DNA from: Pavona decussata
Lineage: Eukaryota
Assembly (NCBI GenBank): GCA_977016875.1
Contig: CDRNST010000436.1
Span: 1,488,001 to 1,552,000, forward strand
DNA: 64,000 nucleotides
Direction of reading: 5' to 3'
Shown: positions 1 to 10,865 of the stretch, one piece after another
How the letters are laid out: the number at the start of each line of letters is the position of its first letter
Numbering within the stretch: position 1 is the stretch's first letter
Made by a program: the position numbers and the translations under genes
The notes under the pieces: model-generated
Database searches by the model: none
Seen by the model: the letters and a program-made list of their open reading frames with translations, nothing else
Told to the model about the DNA's origin: nothing

Positions 1-1
1 T

Positions 2-808
2 GTAAATGCGTATTCTCACGAGGTTGGAAGCGACGAGAATATCAACGAACGACTCAAGGTGCATTACAAAAACAACGAAGTGAATGTCAGTAATGATTAC
101 TTAAGTTTAAGTCTTGAAGTAATCAGTCGCTTTTTCGAACCTGTTGTGCAAAAAACTGTGGACGTCATCAAATCACTTCTTAAGCAAGTCAGTGACGCTC
201 ATGTGAACACGATGTTTCTGGTCGGCGGTTTCTCTCAAGCGCTGCCTCTGAGGAAAGCTATTACCCAGGCCTTCCCGGACAAGAGAGTGCTAACCCCACG
301 TGATGCCGAACTAGCAATCATCAAAGGAGCTGTGATGTTCGCACAAACGCCTGATCTACTTACAACACGCGTAATGGCCAAAACATACGGCATTGACATT
401 AATGAAGTCTTCGACGCAAGCAAACACCCAGAGAACAAGAAAAGCGAAATTTGCGGCGTGAACTACTGCGAAGACATTTTCGACGTTCTGGTAGAAGAAG
501 ACGAACAGGTGAAAGTAGGAGAAAAGCGTTCGTTTTCCTTTTCTCCTGTTCATCCTGAGCAAACGTCTGCATCCTTGCGTTTCTTCAGCACGCACAACAA
601 GAAAGCGCAATTTGTTACCGACCCCGGTGTGGTGGCCGAGAATGTAGCCTTTCAGATCATTAGCCCCGATGTTTCCAAAGGCCTGCACCGGAACATAGAG
701 CTGAACGTTTATTTTGGCGGAACTGAGATTAAGGTTGCAGCTACTGACGTCACTTCCGGTAGTTCAGCCAAGGCTGCGCTAAGACTGGTGACGAAGAATC
801 TGACATAG
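2..808 (+). CDS. HSPA12A: Heat shock 70 kDa protein 12A/12B-like, 3' part (5' end outside window)
   Basis: The frame is open from base 2 to TAG at 806-808. It has HSP70 nucleotide-binding motifs FLVGGFSQ and AIIKGAVMF, then the HSPA12-type C-terminus (TTRVMAKTYGID, FDVLV, YFGGTEIKVAATD). No canonical EEVD tail. 12A versus 12B cannot be resolved. Confidence 0.85.
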   Translation, partial: VNAYSHEVGSDENINERLKVHYKNNEVNVSNDYLSLSLEVISRFFEPVVQKTVDVIKSLLKQVSDAHVNTMFLVGGFSQALPLRKAITQAFPDKRVLTPRDAELAIIKGAVMFAQTPDLLTTRVMAKTYGIDINEVFDASKHPENKKSEICGVNYCEDIFDVLVEEDEQVKVGEKRSFSFSPVHPEQTSASLRFFSTHNKKAQFVTDPGVVAENVAFQIISPDVSKGLHRNIELNVYFGGTEIKVAATDVTSGSSAKAALRLVTKNLT

Positions 809-1411
809 TGTCGTAAGAAAGACCAGAGAGGAAAACCACAAGACTAAAAGAAAAGAAAAGCGAATATATTGAAACAAATAAGAACTATTTTTACAATTTT
901 AACTTCCACCATTTTCAACAGTATAAAAATTTATGAAGGAAAAAACCTAGTAACTTTAAGCTGAATTCAAACCAGAAGAGGGGAATTACTGATCTAAGAC
1001 GCAAATCCATGTGACAGAAAGCCGTGTAACATCAATTTAAGGACGGGAAAACAATGTTACATTATAAAGCCCCCCACCCCCTGGTTTTCTCGTCTGATGT
1101 GAACTCCAGGTCCGTTATCAGAATGACAACAGTTTTTTGTCCGACTTTCTCGTCTCAACAACGGGAAAACTGCAAGATAGAATACTTTTCAACATCGACG
1201 TAGCGCCAAGTTTCAATTGTCCTGGCTCGGCAGCAAAAACGCACCATGTTCTCAGTTCACCAGTTTTATATGATTTCACTCAGGCGTTCAATCCATATAT
1301 GGCTACCCTTGATTCAATCGTAGTTCCCTTATCTTTTCCTAAGCTGTTTGAGCGGCAGTGACCTGGTGACGAGTTGTGATGGGTAAAGATTATTTGCTGA
1401 TCACGTGTTGA

Positions 1412-4400
1412 TCACGTGCCTTCTGTAGATTCGTGGCCAGTGGCCTGGGTCCTACTTGTCACCTGTCTTCTTGTGAATACTTTGTTGGTCAACCAGATTA
1501 CAATGGAAAATACCCGCGCTGGTATCTGACTGTAAAATAAAAAGAAAGAAAGATTAACAGATAAATGCAAACTGGCATTTGACGGGTAAAGGTTTGTCAA
1601 ACACTTGCTGTTTACTCGAAACGCGAGGAAGAAGGTTATAGAAAGAATTACTGTTGAGAAAGTTTTTGAAATTTTTCATGTGAAAGTGCCAGTTTACCAA
1701 GCTTTTGGAGAACGGCCACAGAAAGTTTGCCAATCAAGTTTGCGGTGTGAAGGCGACTTATATTTCACTGCATTCCAACCTCAGTGGCGATCCAAGGTAT
1801 CGTATTGGACTTGTGGGCAAATCTACGGAACGGAGTAATATCAGGAACGGACAAACACTGCATATTTGTTGGGAGCAATAGTGAAACACATGACTGTACG
1901 CGAAAAAGGTCGTTGTGTCTGTATCTTTGGAAGGTATATTGTTCACCTTGGTGAATAGACTGTTTTGAAGCAGGACACGTGACAACTTCTCGTACATTTG
2001 AGCAGAGGTTTAACATAAATTAGAGAAGTTTATCATAAATTAGAGAGGTTTAACATAAATTAGATAGGTTCATCATAAATTAGAGAGGTTTAACATAAAT
2101 TTGAACGACTGCGTAGACTGCAAAATTTACGAGAACTGCGATGCGAAAATTACGAACGCTGCGAAATTTCGTAAATTCGGATTTGCGCATGTTTTTGTAA
2201 ATTTCGTAGTTCTTGTTCACCTATTGTTGAAAATTTGCAAAGCTTGGCGCTAGATGCGAGGAAGGGGTCAGCGAGAACTGCGAATTTTACAGAAACTGTG
2301 AAAATTACGAAGCAAACAAAAATTTACCAAGATGTCAGATAGGGGTCGACGAGAACTGCAAAGATTACAATACTTTATGAAAATTGCAAAACCTCGGAAA
2401 ATCGTAAAATTTGTAATTGTGCTCAATCCTGGACATAAGCAGGAGAGTGGTCGTCTGTTAACAGGGGTTCCATTCATACACCCAAGAGACTACAAAGATT
2501 AAAGCTAGGCCACTTACTTTGTTTCTTCTACTTTCGCTTCATTTCCACTGATGATAAAAAGGGGGAACAGAATAGCAAACACACAACCACTGTAATAAAA
2601 GGGAATTAAGAAAAATGATATTGGAACAAAGAAACCAATTTTTCCTTAATGATATACTGATTTCGACTGATTACTCGTTGTTTTGTACTAGTAAATGGTT
2701 CACCATAGTGCACTCAACTCGATGGAAATCTGAGGATTTTAATTCTTGCACTAAACTTTTCTTTGACAGTTCTGTAAAGTCAAACTACAATGGTGGTGAA
2801 GTTCCGTCACTGATGTTGCTGGTCTTCAATTGTAATCTTACTTACAATTCTGTTTATCCTTTCCATTGACTGAGTTCATGAACTTCTTGACTTTTTTCTT
2901 TCACTTGGTTTTGTAAACCGCGTGGGTTTTACCTTTTAAATGTCTACCTTTTCTCAATAAAGAAATTGAAAAATTGTCAAATACTTGTGAAATGTTCGTG
3001 GCTAGTCTGACGCGGCGTTTCGTCTCGGCCCAGAGACTCTTCAGAGACCTTCAGAATTTATAGACTGCTAACATCTTTAATTTGCGAACGGGACTTAGGG
3101 CGTGTTGCTCAACGACTATTTTTTTCTCTAGGGATTAATTATAAGCCCTGGTCGGGCATAGGGTGCGAAATACTCGTAGTCAGACACAACATCGAACAAC
3201 AGCATTACCAGGACTGACCTTATAATAAATGAAGGCGCTAATGACGTCAAAACAGCCATAGGAAGTCCAAAGCCCACAAAATAAGGCCAGTTAGATTCCA
3301 TGTAGGAGAGACGCTTAGGAGCTGTCCATCCTGAAGGAACAAACAATTGACCTATTTTAGTTTTCTTCGGCTTCGGGCCCGTTCAGACTTGGTGCTCTAG
3401 AACGGTGCTACAGCTCGCGAACTAATGCGAATTGTTGACCGTCATGCCTGACATGGGTACTAACCGCCAAAGACATTAATCAAGCTGCTTTCTTGGTAGC
3501 CCGCAAGCAAGCTCTATCGCGGGTTGGGGAGGAGCGGGTTGCTTGCTTGCAGACTACATTCCTGGCTAATTGTAGCCTGTACAGCAAGCGTAATCGGGGA
3601 GGGGGAGGGAGCGAGAAAAAGTGAGAGAAAAAAAGCGGGGGGAACTGGACTCCCCAGTCCGCACTTTTTTCTTTCAATTTTTCTCGCTCCCCCTTCCCGA
3701 TTACGCCTGCTACGCAGGCTACAATTAGCCGGGAATGTAGTTTTCAAGCAAGCTGTGCCTCCTACTTGCTTGCGGGCTACCAAGAAAGCAGCTTGATTAA
3801 TTTCTAGGATAATTGTCTTCATATTATTTCCAATTTATGCCCAGTTCCCAGTTTGCCGCATCCCCTCTCCGACGCTACTGTGCCCAGAGACAGTTTTTTT
3901 TCTTCCTAGCGCACTGCATGCTAGCTCTTGCACCAAGTCTGAATGGGATCTGCTTAAAGTTTAGGGGCTGTTTATATGGCCAGACAGGCCAACTCATTGA
4001 ACTGGCTTTGGGTACAATTGGCTCTTCTAAAATCCTCTTGTTTGAATGGAAAACACAGAAAATGGGGAAAATCTTTATTCTATACTCTGAGGCAACTTCT
4101 GCATTCACTCAATTGTTCTTGATCTTGATGCTCAACACTAACTGCCTGTGATTTGTTTGTGCAAACAAATTGTTTGGAACCCAGCAGGTTTGCTGTGCTG
4201 CGATTTCAATACTATCCACTCTCTTCCTGCCTCCCCCTCTCCCTGTCTGATTTTAAAATATAATGCGGGGGGGGGGGGGGGGGGGAGAAGTACTCAAGAA
4301 AGTTTTATAGAGGAAATGGTAGGAAATGAAAATGGTACCCCTTCCACATACCTACAGTAGAAACACTATCTTTGTTCGTTGGGTCTGTTCAAGACATTTT

Positions 4401-7400
4401 GCAAGGCACTCTTAAATACCTAAATGACAGTTTCCCCTACTTTTTTCTATACTTCAGCTAGTGAAACCCCTTCCCTTTTAAAACCTCCAGCCTGAAAAAT
4501 GCGCCCTTTTGGGCAGAGCCTCCCTGTATAGTCCATTATAGTGTGTACCCCCACCCCTCCCTGGGGTTTACCAACACTGTCCACTCACCCATATTCACCC
4601 ATTTGTATTCAAAAGTGTAAAGAGAGTACAGTAGACACATGTGACCGAGGCTGATAACAGGCCCAACAACAGGAAGAAAACCAACTACCATGGCCTGCAA
4701 TAAAACAGGAAAAAATGCTGACAAACTTAGTGAAATTACACAACGTTTTGATATCACAATGATATCATTATTTTTCTAGTGAAGAAATAAATATGTTACA
4801 TAATAATATATACCAAAAAGTGTCAAATAGTTCCGTGTGAATAAATAAACAATGTTTATCTAAAACTACAAATTTGATTAAAAATGCTGTAAGTTTACTT
4901 ACAAATTACCGCTAATATAGTTAGAAACTTCACAGAGTAATAAGCAAACACAGCTAGATTACACGTTTTATATGTATAACTCATACACCTAAGAATTCAG
5001 AAATCAGGTTTAAATTGTTCTTCATTTTAAGTAAACGACAGCCACTCTGACGCAAAATGCGTTTTCCCCACACTTTAAAATTGCTGCAACTAGGCTAAGC
5101 ATAAGTGCCAGTTTCAACAAGAGTATTTTGAAAGTTGAACACTCATTTCCTGCAAATAATTATTATTATCAAAGAATGTCATACTACTTTTTTGAATAAT
5201 TTTAGAAAAAGCCAAGATTACAAATCCACAACCATTTACACGGTGGCGAAAATAATAGGGACAAAACTATTCATGATAAAAAAAGTACTCAGATACAGAA
5301 TTTATTATAATTGTAGAAATGGAAGTTGAAGATTCTAAGGGATTAAATGATAATTTTAATGGCATCATTTACCTGGACCAGGAAGAAGAGCTGTAATAAG
5401 AAACTAAAGAAGAAATCTGCTACTGTTTTGCTGATGTGAGAAGACAAACTGAAAGAGAAATTTAAGGCAAAATAGAAGTTTCTTAAAATCTCCAAGCAAG
5501 CGGTCATCTAGCTAACATCCAGTCAACAAGAGGAGAGCATTGGTATCGATTAAAGTGTTACCTTTCTTTTCCAAAAGTGGCTAAGAATCCAAGAGGCCTT
5601 CCTCTTCTATTGCGGTAAGCAGAGTCTGCAATTTCCTGAAAAACATTCCTTGCATTAGATCCAGGGGAGTCTTAGAAATTTGGCAACATGATTCATGATC
5701 ACATACATTCAGGCCCAATTTTTTTTCTGGATTTCAGTGTTCCAGATAAGAGAGGGGTCTCAGGTCAAAAACCCGAGAAGCCTGGCTTCCTGACCCGAGA
5801 AAATGGACGGTGAAGTTAAGAAGATTTAGAGAGAACCAGAGCTATTGACCCCTCAAAATTCTTCATTGACTCTCTGATTTTGAAAGTTATCTGGAACAGT
5901 GGGCTTTCTTTTCACAATTAAGTTCTGTAAATAAAAATTATTGCGAGGGTTTTCTATTTAATCTTTCACCTGCAGTTAAAATATTCAGTTCATGAATATA
6001 TTTATATTCTTAATTTCTCTAAAGGGCGATTTACATCATATGACTTTGTCGTATGCGACAAGCTAACAACAGGCCTACAACACAAATTGTTTCGTGTAAA
6101 TCAAACCTACAACTCGTTTACGACTGTCGTGTATGTCACAAAAAAGTCATAGGATTTACGGCAATTGTAGGTATAGGCAATGTCGAGTGACGAGAGTTGT
6201 GTGCGAGTTTTTGCATGACGCGAGCAGCGCGCGCTCTAAAAAACACATGCGACAGTCGTGAGCAAAAGTTGTACTGTCTAAATTGGCCATAATAATTATT
6301 ATTACCTGATACCATAGTGAGTTGAGAGGCTTGCTCAGCCAGTAGAGAGGCAAGACCCACAGAGCACTGAACAGGTAAGACAAGAAAGGTCCCATCCACC
6401 ACCACAACCATAAACCATGAGGAGGTTTGCTGCCACTAAGAACAGCTAGAACAAAACAAGAACAATGCAGTGTGGTACAATTTGAAAATCATTATCTATC
6501 ACTGATGAAGAATTTCTAGAAAAATGTCAAACATTTCACAAGATGCAAACAATAGCACTTAAGTTTCACCTAAAGTACAATTCAAATTTTCTTTAAAATA
6601 TGTTCATGTTTACATTTAGGAGAAATTGAAATGTGTTGTGCGAAGTTTTCATGTGAAAAGTCACACTTTAGGATTTCATATAGACAGACTACTTACAGAC
6701 TACAGCAAAATGAACAACATCTCAAGAAAGTGCTGCTCAGTGGCTTTCATTTGAACGGTCACAATGTAGGATTTCATCCACAGACTCAAGAGTTAGAGCC
6801 ACCTTGTACAGCATAATAAACAGTACCACAGGAACGTATTGCTCAGTAGCTTTCATTTGAATGGTCACACTGTAAGATTTCATTCACAGACTCAAGAGTT
6901 AGAACCACCTTGTACTGCAGCATGCATAATGAACAGCAGCACTTAAAAGTGCAGAACTGAACAAGGTGTTAACAAAATTTGTTAACACCTTGTTCAGTAT
7001 TTAATACCAGTCTGATGATTTTACAAGGCAGACAAGTTCTTAACAAAATAATGAGTACTTACTGAATATAAAGTGAGTAAAGTTCTGAAGACCAGGAATA
7101 ATGTAGCTCTCGAAAAGGAAAATACTCATCTGGGGAAAGACAACACCACATGGATATTTAGCTGAATTGTGGTAAAATGTAAAATTGTGAACATAAGCCC
7201 TGGGCTTATCAATTCATTCAAAGAAATTTATTATTTTGAGGGAGCTTATTCCTTTTTTTATTACTTTGAGGGAGCTTATTAAGTTTCTTTTTTTTATTGT
7301 TATTATTATTAGGATGGTACATTTGAATGTATTGATATAGATATTTGCACCTTATAAGCTTTTTGTGTTTCAAAATGGGTTAGATTTAATTAATTTTTTG

Positions 7401-10400
7401 CAACAGAAATACCTTAGAATATAGTACTAATAATATTATTGAGCTAACAGCCCAAAGAAGATAATAAACAGCTAATTAACCCTAAGTGGCAATGGGCTCA
7501 TATTAGTTTGGAAGGGATTATTATTGGACGAAGGAGAATGAGACGAGTCCGAGATTTGGAGGGTTAATCTTTGGAGGTGTTTGTAGTTTAAATTTTACAG
7601 TACTCTAAACAAAACCAGTGTGATGGCTGAGTTCTTGTTATCATGAGTATCTTTATAAAAGGGACATTGTGCATTTCCAGAAAATATCCATACTCCCCCC
7701 ACACAAGGTTGTTGTTTTGCATCCTCCCTCCCCTCAGGAAATTCCAGTTTAGCCTCATACTTTGCTTCTAAAATTCTTACTCCTTAGACCCCCCCTCCCC
7801 CTAATAATTTCCAATGACCTTCCATGAGGTGGGTATGGATTTTTTCTGGAACTGCACAATTTTCCATAACACAGACACAAAGCTGTGTGTTCATGTAGTT
7901 GAAAGGGGTTTAACTGAAAAGACAGCAATAGTGATTATTAGGGACTAGGAGTAAATTATGCAATAGACCAAGAATTTTAACCCTTTCACTCCCAGGAATG
8001 ATCAATATGTAATTTCTCGTTACGTAACCAATACGTTGTCAACCAGACAGGTAGTGAGAATAAAGAAAATAATCAACTTGGTGATATTGTTCGATGGAAC
8101 ACTAAATTCTGTTAACTAACTTTAAAAGAAACGTATGACAGTCAGTCAGGAGAATTAACATTCAGATCATAGGAGTGAAAGGTTAAAACCTATTGAGGCA
8201 CTGTTTTGCAAGGCATTTCTCCTCTGCAACTTGTAATGCAATGCAACCAGCAGCCTTGCGATAAAATATCATTGGAAATTTGCAGAAAACATGTTGCATG
8301 CTATTAATAACATATCTCACAAAATTGTGAAAAGTAGGAGACAAGCAGCTCCCAAAGCAATTTTTTATTGTGCAACAAGTTACAAAGAGGGAGGTTTTGA
8401 AACACTAATAATTTATTATTTGAGCTGCAACTTGGTGTTGCTATGGCATTGTTTTGCAAGTCGCCGGAAAAAATGCTTTGTGTAACTATAAATAACAGCA
8501 CTTTAGTGTATGTCTTGACTTGACTTGAATTTTCGCCTCAAGGCAAGATTTCTAAGCAACCCTCAATACTGTGAGCTAATTCTTATTGTAAGCAAAATTT
8601 TGTTAGTAGTGTTCTATTCATTCATGAGAGATAATTCAGAAAGAATTTGTTGCAATACTGTAATATACAACCATCAGGTATTTGGGCCTAGATGGAAGTT
8701 TCATTAATCATAAACCCACTCACATACATACCCAAAAAATTCCTCCATTTAAAAGACAGCATTGCAGCATTTTGCTAAGGATTTCTTTCATGCCTACAGA
8801 ACTAATAAGAAAGTAACATAAATAAAGGATTAGACCACAAAAATATCTTTATAAATTGATAGGGAGGGTCACCTTATTCTAGTCACTCTGTTAAAAGTGT
8901 GATCCCATTACAGTCTTGAATGTTGGGGCTTGTCAACGGGCCTGTTCCAAACGTCACGCTACTGCCGTGCTGAACTAAATTCAAGAATTAAATTCTTGGC
9001 AGTAGCACAACATTTAAAATTATTTAGTTTGGCAGGCTGAATTAAGTTCGGCACGACTATTTAGCACAGCAGTAGCACAACAGGCCCTGTCGTGCAGCAC
9101 GGCAGTAGTGCGACTTCAGGTTTCAAACTGCATGCTATTGCCGTGCCAAACTAATGTCAAAAATTATTTTAATGAATTTTGGGTTAATTTGCTCGTTCTA
9201 CGCATTTCTATATTTAGAATTTGGCACGAGTGAATAAAATTTGACGTTTGAAACCACTGCCATGCTACTGCCATGCCACGCTGGGTCAAATTGATTTAAG
9301 TTTGGCACAGCAGTAGCAAAATGACAGGCCTTAGCCACTCTGAACTTTTCAAGTGCTGATGTTTCAAGCAACTCTGTTGATAAACCAAACATTCATTTCT
9401 ACTCCCCCCACTGACAAAGCAACACATTTTCTTTACAAACTAACCTTCTTACCCATTACATCATCATATCTTAATTTACCCTCAGATTTTAGAGTAGCTT
9501 ATGCAGCTAATATCTCCGAGCATTTACCCGCCCAACCATGAGAGTATACACACAAAGACCAGACCACAACACCGGGAACTACATCCCCTACTCTTTGAGA
9601 ACAGTGAGTGGGTTTGTTAACATCCCAAAAACTTATTACGAACATTAGGGTTGTGAGACGGGGCGTACGGTTTATCGTCCTTATCCGAGAAGACTAGAAA
9701 GTCTAACCATTTGCAAATGTCATTACAAAGGCAGCACTTTCTCCTAAGTTATGTAAAGACCCTGAGTGCTGGTCCGGCCAGGGTTTGAACCAATGACCTC
9801 CCGCATGGTAGTCTGGTCCTCTACCAGCTGAGCTAACCGGTCAGTAGCATACACCCCACTTGAGAAAATGAAACCACATCCTATTAGCCTAGTTCCAGGA
9901 AGTGCCATTCCCCAGGATGAAAGAATTACGGGCATATTGAGGCAGATGTAGGTATTCTAAACCATCTCAAGGGGGGGGGGGGGGGTGACAACTGGGGACC
10001 AACAGGATAATGTGGGGGCAAACGCAGGGTAGGGTACATCGGAAAAAGTGAAAACCCCATCATATCCCAACTCTACGGCGTGTTTTTGCTACAAATCCCA
10101 TACCAAGCCAGCTGTGAGTTGATGGGGATTGCCGCTGTCGGAGAAAACTTCTCTGGGGTTAGACCATATAATTATAACTTGCACCCAAATGTACAGTTGA
10201 TAGGCATAATAAAGAAGAATCTAACTTCTAATTTGTATAATTACGCCTTGCATGCCAACAAAGTTACAGATTAGCTTTACTGTTACTTGAATATTAAGTA
10301 AAACTCGACCGCCATTACATATAAAGCAAAGAGGAAGCAACTGTATCAGGAAGCCACGTTTTGCTAGAAATTGAGTTTATATGGATGTGCGACATAATTT

Positions 10401-10865
10401 TGTCTCGTTCTGCCCTTCCTCTAAAGCTCTAGCTAAGCTAGAGCAGAGCCATATGGGTAACGACATTTCTATAGACCTTAAAAAAACGACATATATAAGC
10501 TTAAGCTTAATTTGAAATTCCTGATATGATCAAACTAATTTTATAGCTGGATGAACAACTTAAACTGATATTGCCAATTGGTTTTACTGAAGATGTTTCA
10601 TGAATTTAATTTGTTAAATGCTAGAGCTGGGGCATCAGTTTGCAGTATATGAAGAAGTAAAAACCCAAGCTTACCTATCGGTTTTGTTTTCCGTTTGTCT
10701 TGTTCGATTCCGGGTTCGTCGAGAGGAATGTATCTCCGTTTTACTCTGCTTTTCCTGTTGGGTTTCATCAAGAATACTCTTCAGTCTAAACAATGCTGTC
10801 ATGCCAATTAAAGAATCTTTCAATCCAAGCGCTATGCCAAGTATTATGGGCCTAAAATCACTCAT
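1412..10865 (-). CDS. EI24: Etoposide-induced protein 2.4 homolog (autophagy-associated ER membrane protein), 10 coding exons, 341 aa
   Basis: Exons in transcript order: 10865-10675, 8801-8732, 7129-7063, 6445-6306, 5635-5562, 5448-5373, 4694-4589, 3330-3219, 2589-2518, 1529-1412. All are GT-AG with matching phases, total 1026 nt. Motifs QCCLLNGGIFW, LWVLPLYWLSKPLNSLWYQEIADSAY, LLYSLYTFEYKW, ESNWPYFVGFGLP, SGCVFAILFPLFIISGNEA. Confidence 0.93.
2005..2101. repeat. 20-bp minisatellite x5 (AGAGGTTTAACATAAATTAG)
   Basis: Five tandem units read directly; odd units carry AAC, even units ATC. Confidence 0.9.
3476..3800. mobile_element. Palindromic foldback/MITE-like element in EI24 intron 7
   Basis: Perfect terminal inverted repeat TTAATCAAGCTGCTTTCTTGGTAGCCCGCAAGCAAG at both ends. 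An inner TAGCCTG...CAGGCTA unit lies at 3573-3721. Confidence 0.8.
6720..6917. repeat. ~104-bp tandem/dispersed repeat, about 2 units
   Basis: Unit contains CAGCATAATAAACAG...GCTCAGTAGCTTTCATTTGAATGGTCACA...CAGACTCAA...TTAGAACCACCTTGTAC. The same family occurs at 58815-59066, with a remnant near 36830. Confidence 0.8.
7668..7859. mobile_element. MITE (TGTGCA.TTCCAGAAAA.ATCCATAC family)
   Basis: Inverted ends TTGTGCATTTCCAGAAAATATCCATAC / GTATGGATTTTTTCTGGAACTGCACAA. Related copies at about 36605-36715, 39106-39297 and 63650-63838. Confidence 0.75.
7981..8182. mobile_element. piggyBac-like non-autonomous element
   Basis: TTAA|CCCTTTCACTCC...GGAGTGAAAGG|TTAA: a TTAA target duplication with a CCC-type left terminus. 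Confidence 0.7.
8938..9330. mobile_element. Degenerate MITE with internal CTACTGCCGTGC repeats
   Basis: GGCCTGT...ACAGGCC ends, with repeated GCTACTGCCGTGC / GCACGGCAGTAG motifs in both orientations. Confidence 0.55.
9556..9842 (-). mobile_element. tRNA-derived SINE
   Basis: Minus-strand head GACCGGTTAGCTCAGCTGGTAGAG (A box) ... GGTTCAAACCC (B box), followed by about 200 bp of non-tRNA body. Confidence 0.75.

Noticed and set aside
3480-3822. Overlapping ORFs ending CLRATKKAA on both strands
   Set aside because: An artefact of the palindromic element.
9453-9469. 17-nt EI24 microexon paired with a downstream acceptor at 8794
   Set aside because: It lacks a pyrimidine tract, and the acceptor at 8802 already gives an in-frame 341-aa protein.
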